64,000 nt of DNA from an uncultured delta proteobacterium (lineage in GTDB: Bacteria > Myxococcota_A > Polyangia > Polyangiales > Polyangiaceae), in contig CAWKKR010000007.1 of assembly GCA_963850305.1 (NCBI GenBank), positions 832,001 to 896,000 of the forward strand, read 5' to 3'. The position numbers and the translations under genes are program-made. Shown here piece by piece: positions 31,842 to 41,206 of this stretch (position 1 is the first letter of the stretch; each line of letters opens with the position of its first letter). Below the pieces are notes generated by a model. The model was not told where the DNA came from and made no database searches. It was given only the letters and a program-made list of their open reading frames with translations.

Positions 31842-32579
31842 TTACCCGTCAAGGACGGCGAGATACTCCGCCACGACGTGCTGGAGTCCGAAGAAGATCG
31901 CGCGGCTGATGATGGCGTGACCAATCGACACTTCGTCGAGGTGTGGGAGCGTTCGAAAAAGGGCGAGGTTCTCGAGATCGAGATCGTGTCCCGCGTTGAT
32001 TCCGAGACCGAGCGAGTGAGAGAGACGAGCGCACTCGGCGTATTTGGCAAATGAAGTGGTCGCGTCGATGGCCCCACGCTCGAACGCCCGCGCAAAGGGT
32101 TCCGTATAAAGTTCGACTCGTTCGACCCCGAGCGCTGCTGCCCAGCGGATCGCGGCGGGCTCAGGGTCGACAAAGAGACTCACGCGGGTACCGGTGTCGT
32201 GGAGCCTTCCGATGACGGGCTCGAGTAGCTCGCGATGCGCGCTCGGGGCCCAGCCGGCGTGGCTCGTCACTTCACCCGGTGTCACGGGTACGAGCGTGGC
32301 CTGGGCCGGTCGGATCTCGGTCACCAGGTCTATCCAGTCGGGTCGAGGATCGCCTTCGATGTTGAACTCGAGCGAGTCGCCCCATTCGTCGGCAAATGCG
32401 TGCGCCAGATCGCGCACGTCGCTCGGCGTGACGTGGCGTTCATCGGCCCGCGGATGCACGGTGATGCCCCCAGCGCCCGCTCGCACGGCGACCCTCGCCG
32501 CGTCAACGAGGCTCGGTGCCGAGCCGCCCCGCGAGTTGCGAACCGTCGCGACCTTGTTGACGTTGACGCTGAGGCGCAT
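31842..32579 (-). CDS. pdxJ: Pyridoxine 5'-phosphate synthase
   Basis: LSVNVNKVATVRNSRG, ITVHPRADERH, NAGHDL and EVSIGHA. Confidence 0.96.
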   Translation of the reverse strand: MRLSVNVNKVATVRNSRGGSAPSLVDAARVAVRAGAGGITVHPRADERHVTPSDVRDLAHAFADEWGDSLEFNIEGDPRPDWIDLVTEIRPAQATLVPVTPGEVTSHAGWAPSAHRELLEPVIGRLHDTGTRVSLFVDPEPAAIRWAAALGVERVELYTEPFARAFERGAIDATTSFAKYAECARLSHSLGLGINAGHDLDLENLALFRTLPHLDEVSIGHAIISRAIFFGLQHVVAEYLAVLDG

Positions 32580-32596
32580 GCGCCACAGCGCTTCGG

Positions 32597-32863
32597 TCAG
32601 CTCGCCGCGCGCTTGTGGAGCGCGGCCCGGATTCGCGCCGTCGTGCGCGACGCCGCGTTGGTGTGGATGACGCCTGCGCTCGCCGCGTGTGCCAACGCGG
32701 TCGTCGCTTCTTCGACCTTCGCCTTTGCCTCCGCGTCGCCCGCCTCGATCGACGTGCGCGCTTTCTTGACTGCAGTGCGGACTGCGGAGCGGAGCGTCTT
32801 GTTACGGGTCGTGCGCTTGATGCGTTGTCGATTGCGTTTCGCTGCGGACGGATGATTCGCCAT
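32597..32863 (-). CDS. rpsT: 30S ribosomal protein S20
   Basis: MANHPSAAKRNRQ...GVIHTNAASR. Confidence 0.97.
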   Translation of the reverse strand: MANHPSAAKRNRQRIKRTTRNKTLRSAVRTAVKKARTSIEAGDAEAKAKVEEATTALAHAASAGVIHTNAASRTTARIRAALHKRAAS

Positions 32864-33093
32864 GGGATTTTCTGGGCTCAGTTGCCCGGCTTCGCCTTTT
32901 TCGCGTCAGCGGCCTTCGGATCGTAGCCTTCCGGGTGGATCGGAAACGGCGGACTCGTCGGCGCGGCCTTGTTCCAGCGACCGCGCTGCGAAGCGCGGAG
33001 CCCTCGGCGGCGGGTCGTCTGCTTGGTCGAAGAAACCACTCGAAAATACCTTCTGTCGAAAATTGGCGGCGGTGGCCGCTCGTCTGGCCGCGG

Positions 33094-33122
33094 AATATGA
33101 GCGATGACCTTCCGAGTGTCAA
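33094..33122 (-). promoter_or_regulatory. Putative sigma70 promoter for rpsT
   Basis: The minus strand reads TTGACA (33122-33117), a 17-nt spacer, then CATATT (33099-33094). Confidence 0.65.
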
Positions 33123-33136
33123 CGTCCGGGGAGCCA

Positions 33137-34300
33137 TTACGGCGGTCGGATCGTCAGGGACGCAGAAAACGACGGCTCCGAAAACGGCGGAACCCGCGCG
33201 GCGCCGATTGCGGAGCGTAGGCAGCCTTCAGCGGGAGTCCCCGCCGCTGGACCGGACACTCCCACGGATTTCACCCGTCCATCCGAGCCGAACGTCACCT
33301 CTGCCCTCGAGCCCGCATCCTGCCCGGCAAGGCAGCTTCGCGCGCCCGCCATGACCGAGCCTATTGCTGCCTGTAACGCGCCGATGCTCGGAGTGCCCCA
33401 CTTCGGAGGCGCTGAGGCGATGGGCGCTCCTGGCGGTGGCTCGGCTCTCGGCGCGCCGTGGGAGCCGGGAGCTTCCGTATCATCCCCGGTCTCGGCGAGT
33501 ACGAGGCGGTCTTTCGGCGTCTTCTCCACACGGAATCCGAGGCTGTCCCGCGTCGACCCTCCGCGCCTGGATTCGCGCGTGTTGGCGCTTGCCGGCGGCG
33601 CTAGCGGCTTCAGGTCATCCAGGGAGAGCGCCGTCGGTGTCGGGTGGGCAGTCACCTCGGACGTCGCGGGTGACAACGGGGTCCGAGGCGCCGGGGCGCT
33701 CGCAACTCGTGGCTCGGCGGAGGCGGCGACGAGCAAGCGTTCCGCGTCGTGCCCGCGATCCACGACATAGAACGCCGCACACGCTGCGAGCGCAAGGAAC
33801 GCTCCCCCCAGCATCCCCGCAGCAAACCCTGGCTTCCGCTGCTCATCCGGGTATTCGGACTCCGGACGTCCCGAGTAGGCCCGGACCTCGCGCGCCACAG
33901 CAGGCCGCGGCGCGACGCGACTCTGAAGCCCGGCGGCCCCCAGGTTTCGCTCCGACGCAGGGGTGGCGTGAAAGCTCGGCATCGGCTCGCGCCGCCCGTG
34001 CTCCGCGGCGAGCAGCCCATCGCGGGCAATCGTGGCGGTGTCATCTGCGATCGCCGCCCGTGCGATATCGGCGAGCTTCGGCCCCTCCATCGTCAGCGTC
34101 GGCTCGTCGGGAAGCGCGACCAGCGGCGGCGCGAGCAACTCGTCGGACGTCGACCCCGCGTCCGTAACTCGAACGCGGGCCATGGTCGCGTTCGCCCAGT
34201 CCTCCCACGCGACGGCGCTCCGCTCTTTGGCGGGCCAGCCGTCCAGCAGGGCTTCTGCTCGGTCCACGAACGGGGTGTCGTCGCCTTCGGAGATGCTCAT
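33137..34300 (-). CDS. Putative anti-sigma factor: single TM, Pro-rich linker, C-terminal TonB-C-like (AgmX/PglI-type) domain
   Basis: ATGA overlap with the ECF sigma gene; TM GMLGGAFLALAACAAFYVV; tail ARSC...VTFGSDGRV...EGCL...VPPF. Confidence 0.7.
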   Translation of the reverse strand: MSISEGDDTPFVDRAEALLDGWPAKERSAVAWEDWANATMARVRVTDAGSTSDELLAPPLVALPDEPTLTMEGPKLADIARAAIADDTATIARDGLLAAEHGRREPMPSFHATPASERNLGAAGLQSRVAPRPAVAREVRAYSGRPESEYPDEQRKPGFAAGMLGGAFLALAACAAFYVVDRGHDAERLLVAASAEPRVASAPAPRTPLSPATSEVTAHPTPTALSLDDLKPLAPPASANTRESRRGGSTRDSLGFRVEKTPKDRLVLAETGDDTEAPGSHGAPRAEPPPGAPIASAPPKWGTPSIGALQAAIGSVMAGARSCLAGQDAGSRAEVTFGSDGRVKSVGVSGPAAGTPAEGCLRSAIGAARVPPFSEPSFSASLTIRPP

Positions 34301-34962
34301 CGTTCGGTCTCATGGCCTCGTTCGGTCAGAAATTCCCTCAGTCTTCTCCGCGCCTCGTGGACGCGCCAGGCAACCGTCCCTTCGGGACAGCCGAGAACAT
34401 GACTTGCTTCGGCGTGGCTCAACCCGTCGATCGCCACGAGCACCAGCGTCGTTCGCAACGTTTCGCTCAGCGAATCCACGCCTTTACATAGCGCCTCCGC
34501 GAGTTCCCGATCTGTCGCCTGTCGGGCGGGATCCGCGAACCCGGGTCTTCGTTCGACGAGCAAGGCCTCGATGCGCGGGTCGTCGGTGGTTCCCGCCGAT
34601 GTCGCCGTCTTTCGGGCCCGGATCGCGTTGAGCGCGAGGTTCACGGTGATGCGATAAAGCCACGTGAAGGGCTCGCTCCGACCATCGAAGCGGTCGAGCC
34701 CGCCGTAAGCGCGAACGAACGCCTCCTGAGCGACGTCCTCCGCTTCGGCGCTGCTTCGCAGCAGGTGCATGGCGAGACCGAACACCCGACGCTGGTGGCG
34801 GCGCACGAAGCGCCCGAAAGCCTCGGTGTCACCGGCTCTGGCCGCGTCCACCAGCTCGCGGTCCGACGTCACTGAAATCTCCCGCGACGGCCGCGCCGAA
34901 TCGTTCCGTGCGCTGTCGCTGCCCTGCACGGGAAGAGAGTAAAGCACGCGATTATCGGACAA
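34297..34962 (-). CDS. ECF-type RNA polymerase sigma factor
   Basis: Region 2 AEDVAQEAFVRA...FTWLYRITVN; region 4 GLSHAEASHVLGCPEGTVAWRVHEAR. Confidence 0.93.
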   Translation of the reverse strand: MSDNRVLYSLPVQGSDSARNDSARPSREISVTSDRELVDAARAGDTEAFGRFVRRHQRRVFGLAMHLLRSSAEAEDVAQEAFVRAYGGLDRFDGRSEPFTWLYRITVNLALNAIRARKTATSAGTTDDPRIEALLVERRPGFADPARQATDRELAEALCKGVDSLSETLRTTLVLVAIDGLSHAEASHVLGCPEGTVAWRVHEARRRLREFLTERGHETER

Positions 34963-35022
34963 TCGACCGGGTGAGATTGTGGGGGAGGGGCTTTCTGCCG
35001 ATCAGAAGCGCCACGAACGCCT

Positions 35023-36754
35023 TCACTTCGCTCGCATTTTCAGCAAATCGCCCAGGGTCCCGAAGCTGCTCTCACGGGCCACCTGCTGGCGATATTCCTT
35101 GTGCGCGCGGCGCTCTTCGTCCTCGGCGGCGCGGGTAATGCTGAGCTTGGGCTCCCCGTGTCGCGGGTCGAGCTCCAGCACCTTGACGTCCAACACCTGG
35201 CCCGGAGGAAATTTCTTCCGCAAGTCCGTGCCGCGCGCCGTGCCCGTCTGAGGTCCGGGGATGAACCCGCGCGCGCCACGCCCCGTGACGCCCAGGATCC
35301 GCACGACGACGCCCGCTGCCTCGCCGCGGATCACCTGCACCTTGACGACGCCGTTCTTCGCGACCTTCTGCGGCGCTTCGCCTGCCTGCTCCGGCGGCGG
35401 CGCTGGATGTAGCGTGATCTTCCGGCTTCGCGAATCGACGTGATGAACGAGCACCGCCATCTGCTCGCCAACTTTGACGATTTCCTCCGGATGATCGATC
35501 TTCTTCAGTGTGAGGTCGGCGACGTGAATGAGCCCCTCGATCCCCTCCGCGAGCTCGACGAACACGCCAAACTTCTCGACACGAGTGACCTTGCCGGTAT
35601 GCCGGGACCCTTGAGGATGCTGTACCATCGCATCCTGCCAGGGGTCGCTGATGAGCGCGCGCCGGCTGAGCCAGATCTTCCCGCGCTCGTCGATCTTCGT
35701 TATCTTGATTTCGATCTCGTCACCCGGCGAAAACAGCTCGGTGACCTTCGCCTGCGGGTCGTGCGAGGCCTCGGTCACGTGCACGAGGCCTTCGAGATTT
35801 TCCGCGTCGGGCAGGGCCACGAACGCACCCCACTCCACGACCGTACGCACGAGGCCTTTCATCACCTGGCCCTCGGTGAGCAGGCCGAGGGCCTTCTTTC
35901 GTCGCTCGTGCGCTTCCGCTTCCAGCATCGGACGTCGACTGACGATGACGTCACGGCCGCCGCCCTCGTATTCGACGACCTTGAACTCGAGCACCTGCCC
36001 GAGCAATTCGATGAAGTGCGCGTTGTGTGGATGCAGATCCATTCCGGACGCAGGAGCGAAGGCGCGCAGCCCCTTCACGTCCACTTCGACGCCGCCCTTG
36101 ATCACGCCCGTGACGAGCCCTTTGACGAGCGAGCCGTCCTTCGCCGCCTGTTCGACCAGCGGCTTCACGTCTTCCTCGCGGAGTGGCTTACGCGTTAAAA
36201 CGACCAGGCCCCCCCGCGATCCGTCCTGATGAACCCGTGCGACGAAGCGGTCGCCCACGGAGGGCACTAGAATCGTCCGCGTCCATCTCCGAACGGTCGA
36301 AGATTGCGAGCGCCTTACCGGACAGGTCGACCATGATCGCTGCGTCGAGCACCGACGTGACTTTGCCGAAAACCTCTTCGCCGACGTGGAACGGCGCACG
36401 TTCCGAAGGCGGACGATGCCTCGGAGGCTTATTCGTTCTTCGCGACCGGGACACGCCGTCATCGCGGCTTTCCGACGGCGCCGGGTCCGTTCCGGCGACG
36501 TGTGCGCCATCGGAGCCTTTCTTTTTCCGCCGACGCTTGCGCTTGCGCTTCGGCTTGTTCTCATCGTCGGGGGGCGCCTTGCTCGCTTCACCGCCGGTCG
36601 CCTCCGACTCCCTGGAGGGCACGTCGTCGGTCGTTCGAGCGGCTTCGCTGGCAATGTCGGTCGAAGGCGCGGCGGCGCTTTCGCTCGCGTCGCCGACGTG
36701 AGATTCTCGCGGTTCCGTGGTCGGACCCGCGTTGGGCGTTTCTTCGGAAGTCAT
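35023..36754 (-). CDS. RpsA (S1)-like paralog with five S1 domains (frameshift at about 36271)
   Basis: S1 repeats such as KGLVRTVVEWGAFV and TGKVTRVEKFGVFVEL..GIEGLIHV; C-terminal SFGTLGDLLK. The N-terminus is in ORF 36188..36817. Confidence 0.85.
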
Positions 36755-36835
36755 GAGAGGGAGCGCTCCGCTCGATTGGCTGGGAGAGCGTATATCGCGG
36801 AGCGTCGCGTCTGCCAACCGCGGCCAGCCTGTTCC

Positions 36836-37690
36836 TCAACGGGCAATCGGCAGATGCCTGTTCACGCCACCGCTTCGGTCGATCGTCACCGCGTTCGGCG
36901 CGCCAAGCTCCGCTAGCCGAGCGACCAGGCGTTCCGCCACGGTCATGAACGCCCTCGCGCTTTCCGTGCTGGGTGCCGCCTCGACGACGGGCGTTCCGGC
37001 GTCGCCCCATTCTCGTACCAGCACCTCGACCGGGATCTGTCCCAGGAGTGGTGCATCCGCGAATTCCGCGACCTTCTGCCCCCCTCCTCGTCCAAAGATC
37101 TCGTGGCGTTTGCTGCAACCGTCACAAATGAAAAAGCTTTCGTTCTCGATGACCCCGAGGATCGGAATACCGACTTTCACGGCCATCGAGACGCTCTTGT
37201 AGACGTCCTGGAGAGCAACCTCCTGAGGGGTGGTCACGATGAGCGCCCCGGTCGAACGAATCCGTTGCGAGAGCGTCAGGGCGATGTCTCCCGTGCCCGG
37301 AGGCAGATCCAGGATGAGGAAGTCGAGCTCACCCCAGTCCACGTCCTTCATGAACTGTAGCAGCGCTCCGTGGAGCATCGGACCGCGCCAGACGATCGCG
37401 GCCTTCTCGTCATCGAGCAGAAACCCGATACTCATGAGCTTCACGTCGAACCGCACGAGCGGTTGGATCTTGGTGCCGGTGCTGATTGGCCGTCCCGAGA
37501 TCCCGAGCATCGTCGGTATGCTCGGGCCGTACATGTCCGCGTCGAGCAGCCCGACTCTCTTGCCGAGTTTTCGAAGCGCGAGCGCAATGTTGACGGCGGC
37601 GGTGCTCTTGCCGACCCCACCCTTGCCACTCATCACGAGGATGACGTCCTTGACGTGAGGGACCGGATCATCTTCGGCGATGGCGCGCAT
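36836..37690 (-). CDS. mrp: Mrp/NBP35 (ApbC) Fe-S cluster carrier ATPase
   Basis: SGKGGVGKST, DADMYGPS, WRGPM, DLPPGTGD and ENES..CDGC. Confidence 0.93.
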   Translation of the reverse strand: MRAIAEDDPVPHVKDVILVMSGKGGVGKSTAAVNIALALRKLGKRVGLLDADMYGPSIPTMLGISGRPISTGTKIQPLVRFDVKLMSIGFLLDDEKAAIVWRGPMLHGALLQFMKDVDWGELDFLILDLPPGTGDIALTLSQRIRSTGALIVTTPQEVALQDVYKSVSMAVKVGIPILGVIENESFFICDGCSKRHEIFGRGGGQKVAEFADAPLLGQIPVEVLVREWGDAGTPVVEAAPSTESARAFMTVAERLVARLAELGAPNAVTIDRSGGVNRHLPIAR

Positions 37691-37779
37691 TCGTGCGCCA
37701 CCCGTATGCCCTGAAGGCCCCCGCGTCAACTCGTGGCCGGCGCTAGGTGTCGGTGTCGAGAGTGAGCGCTTTTCGCACC

Positions 37780-38943
37780 TCAGCGCGACGGGCTACCAGG
37801 CTTCCCCGGGGCCGTCGTGGCAGGCTCCTCGGCTGGGTCCGAAAGGCCTGGCCATTGTTCGGTCTCCCGCATGCTGGACGAAAGCTGGATCTTCGGTGCG
37901 TTCGGCGCCTTGGGAAAGACGGGGCTTCGCAGCAGCGAATCCGAAAGGACGTCCCCGTTGGGTTTGCCGTTGATCTTCGCGAGCGCGACGGCGGGGAAGT
38001 CACGAGACAGAGCCCGCCGTGGACCATCCTGCCGAATCTTCACGTCCGGAACCTTCACCCCGTTGCGAAGAAGGGGATCTTCAGCCTGCGGCGGGCGCGA
38101 AATATAAGGCGCGAGGTGTGCGGCGAACGACTCGGTCGTTGGCAGACGCTGTCCCGGCTCCTTCGCCATTGCGAGCGCCACCGCGCCGGCCAACGGCACC
38201 GGTACCGCGGGGTTGACTGCGGCGAGGGGCCGGGGCGTCCCCGAGGTGATCTGACGCAGGATCTCCGCCGCCGTTCCGACGAAGGGTGGGACGCCCGCGA
38301 GCATCTCATAGAGCACCACGCCGACGGCGTAGAGGTCCGCGCGTGCGTCGACCGTCTGGGCAAGCGCCTGCTCCGGAGCCAGGTACACCGATGGCCCGTT
38401 CACGCCGGAGCTCCCGCCGCTCGCGCCCGGCGGAAGGCCGAAGCCCAGGATCTTCAAAAGCGAGGCAGCGGGACGAGGTTGCGTGAGGACGACATTCGCG
38501 GGCTTCAGATTCCCATGAACGAGCCCGCTCGCGTGCGCTGCACCCAGCCCCGCGAGCACCTGCAACGTGAGCTCGCACGCGTAGTCGGGCGGTAAAGTCC
38601 CCCGGCGGGCGATCAGATCAGCCAGGGTCTCGCCCCCGACGAGCTCCATCGCGACATAAGGCGTTCCGCGGGCGCTGACGGCGAACTCATGGATCTCCGC
38701 GACGTTCGGGTGTCGGATCCTGGCGGCCGCGCGCACGTCAGCTGAGAGCCGAGCTCTCGCGATCTCGCTTCTCGCGAACCGGGCGTCGAGAATCTTCAGG
38801 GCGACGTGGCGGCCCATCATGACCTGTTCGGCCTCGAACAGACCAGCCTGGATTTGCCGGCCCACGACGTACTTGCCGTCGAAGTCTTCCGCCGTGTTCT
38901 TGGGTAACGGTGGAGGTTGTCCGCGTCCGGTGAAGGCGGTCAT
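37780..38943 (-). CDS. Hanks-type Ser/Thr kinase-like protein, probable pseudokinase
   Basis: VALKIL, HPNV, YLAPEQ and ADLYAVG are present, but HRD is HGN, DFG is GFG and the Gly-rich loop is missing. Confidence 0.85.
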   Translation of the reverse strand: MTAFTGRGQPPPLPKNTAEDFDGKYVVGRQIQAGLFEAEQVMMGRHVALKILDARFARSEIARARLSADVRAAARIRHPNVAEIHEFAVSARGTPYVAMELVGGETLADLIARRGTLPPDYACELTLQVLAGLGAAHASGLVHGNLKPANVVLTQPRPAASLLKILGFGLPPGASGGSSGVNGPSVYLAPEQALAQTVDARADLYAVGVVLYEMLAGVPPFVGTAAEILRQITSGTPRPLAAVNPAVPVPLAGAVALAMAKEPGQRLPTTESFAAHLAPYISRPPQAEDPLLRNGVKVPDVKIRQDGPRRALSRDFPAVALAKINGKPNGDVLSDSLLRSPVFPKAPNAPKIQLSSSMRETEQWPGLSDPAEEPATTAPGKPGSPSR

Positions 38944-39075
38944 GGCTCGGTTTCGTTCCCTCGAAAGATGACAGTTTTCAGCGAACCCCATCTTGACGCC
39001 AAACGCGACGGTCCGCGAGCGAAACTCGGAGGTCCCGTGTGAGTGAAGGTAGGGCGAATTCTCGCGGGAGGTCTC

Positions 39076-41136
39076 TCAGCGCGGAAAAGCTGCAGGGTTT
39101 CCGCCATCCACCGTCACGACGGCGCCCGTGGTTGCGTCCGCCGTCGCGAGCCATCCGAAAGCCTCAGCGACGTCTTGCGCGGTCGTTTCCCGTCCGAGGA
39201 GGTTGCCCCGAAAATACTCCGCCGGGGAAACGCCGCGTGCCCGAGCCCGCGATTCCACGATGCCGTCGAAGAGCGCGGTGCGAATTCGGTCCGCGTTGAC
39301 TGCATTGGCGCGGATGCCATGAGAGCCGAGGTCCACGGCGTATTGCCTCATGAGCGCGATGACGCCCGCCTTCGGCACGGCGTAGGGTCCGAAATCTTTT
39401 CCGGGATTGAACGCGCTCTTGGAAGCGTTGAAGAGCAGGCATCCTCCGATGCCTTGAGCGAGGAAGACCTCGGACGCGGCGCGCGCCACGTATTGATGAG
39501 AAAGCAGATTCAACTGCAGAGAACGGAGCAGGGCATTCTCGCCTGCTTCGGTTTGAAGTTGCCCGGACGGAGCGTTGCCGGCGTTGGAAACGACCACGTC
39601 GAGGCCGCCAAAGCGAGCGACGCACTCGTCGATCATGCGCCTGACGTCCGAAGGATTCGTCACGTCGGCCGCGAGCGTCGCGAGTCGCGTGCCTGCTCTC
39701 TTACCGAGCACGACCAACGTTTCGTCCAGAGCCGCCGTATCCGCATCCGAGATCACCACGTGCGCGCCGAGTTCGACGAAATGGGCGGCCGTGGCTCGGC
39801 CGATGCCGCGCCCGGCGCCGGTGACGAGCGCGATGTGCCGCGAGAGCGACCCACCCGGGGCCCGCGCGACCTTGATCTTCGCTTGCTCGAGGCTCCAGTA
39901 CTCCACGTCGAAGAGATTCGCCAGGGAGACCGGCTCATAGCGTCCAATCGACATCGCGTCCAAGATCACTCCGGCAGTGTGTACGTAGATGTCGCCGGCG
40001 ATCTTTGCCTCGTCGAGCGTCCTGCCGATGGTGAGGGCCCCGAGGCCGGGCACGAGCAGAATTCGTGGCAATCGATCGAGCCGGGTCAGCCGCGCGGACG
40101 AGCGCGACGTGTTGGCGTCGAAGTACGCGACGTACGCGGCTCCGAAACGCGCGAACTCGCCTTCCACTTCTGCGCGCGTCCGCTCATCGTTCTCCGAGAT
40201 CTGACCGAGCCATGCTGGCACTGGCTTCGTTCGGAGGACGTGGTCCGGCGTCATCGGGCCGATCTGCGTGAGGTCGTGCGCATCGGGTCTGGACAGCAGT
40301 TCCAGGATCTCCGGCTCGTCTCGCCAGTCGAGTATGAACCGCGCGCCGTCGTTCGCGCGCTGTAGAGCACCTCTCACGATCGGCCCGAGCCGTCGCTGCC
40401 GTTCGCGCCGCGACGGCTCGCCCGGCATGCCCACGTTCGTTGTCCGGGTCCTCGCCCTGGCCACGTGGTGCTCGGCTCGCGACACCGCTTCGATCATGTG
40501 CCCGTAACTCTCGCGGGCCGTCTCGCCCCACGTGAAGATGCCGTGACGTTCGAGGACGAGCACGTTTCCGGAGTTCACGCGATCACCCAGTTCGGCCACA
40601 CGCCGAGCGAGCACGAAGCCCGGCATCACGTAAGGGAGCAGGAGGACATGCGCGCCCCAGACGTCCTTTGCGAGGAGGGCACTGTCGGGTTGATCGACGA
40701 TGGCGAGTACGGCGTCTGCGTGGGTGTGATCCACGAATTTCCCCGGCAGGAGGGCGTGCAGCAGGGCTTCGACCGATGGGGTCGGACTCGACGGATCGAG
40801 CATCTGGCTCCGAAGCGCCTTGACCATGTCCTCGTCGCTGAGCCGTTCGAGGCGCGCGCATCGGAGCAGGGGAGCCATCCGACACGCGGGGAACCCGGAC
40901 GGCTCGATGTTCGCCAGATCCCACCCGCTCCCCTTCACGTAAAGGACCTGAGTTTCCTCTCCCGTGATCTCGCGCAGGGTGCTCTTCACGGATGTGTTCC
41001 CCCCGCCGTGAAGGACGAGCGACGCGTCCTGGCCGAGGAGGCGGGACGTGTAGACACGCAACGCGAGGTCCTCACCATGGGCGCCCCATCGTTCGACGGC
41101 GGCGCGCGCGTCCGCATCCACGTAACGCGATTGCAT
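39076..41136 (-). CDS. Bifunctional class II aldolase / short-chain dehydrogenase (RhaD/YuxG-like)
   Basis: GGGNTSVK, KGSGWDL, PSVEALLH, DHTH, YWSLEQAK; SDR motifs TGAGRGIG and YAVPK. Confidence 0.9.
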   Translation of the reverse strand: MQSRYVDADARAAVERWGAHGEDLALRVYTSRLLGQDASLVLHGGGNTSVKSTLREITGEETQVLYVKGSGWDLANIEPSGFPACRMAPLLRCARLERLSDEDMVKALRSQMLDPSSPTPSVEALLHALLPGKFVDHTHADAVLAIVDQPDSALLAKDVWGAHVLLLPYVMPGFVLARRVAELGDRVNSGNVLVLERHGIFTWGETARESYGHMIEAVSRAEHHVARARTRTTNVGMPGEPSRRERQRRLGPIVRGALQRANDGARFILDWRDEPEILELLSRPDAHDLTQIGPMTPDHVLRTKPVPAWLGQISENDERTRAEVEGEFARFGAAYVAYFDANTSRSSARLTRLDRLPRILLVPGLGALTIGRTLDEAKIAGDIYVHTAGVILDAMSIGRYEPVSLANLFDVEYWSLEQAKIKVARAPGGSLSRHIALVTGAGRGIGRATAAHFVELGAHVVISDADTAALDETLVVLGKRAGTRLATLAADVTNPSDVRRMIDECVARFGGLDVVVSNAGNAPSGQLQTEAGENALLRSLQLNLLSHQYVARAASEVFLAQGIGGCLLFNASKSAFNPGKDFGPYAVPKAGVIALMRQYAVDLGSHGIRANAVNADRIRTALFDGIVESRARARGVSPAEYFRGNLLGRETTAQDVAEAFGWLATADATTGAVVTVDGGNPAAFPR

Positions 41137-41206
41137 GAGGTGCGAGTCTACCCCAAGGTGCGGCCTATTTCGTCCTGCCTCGACGCCAGGACGTTCGGCG
41201 GATCGA

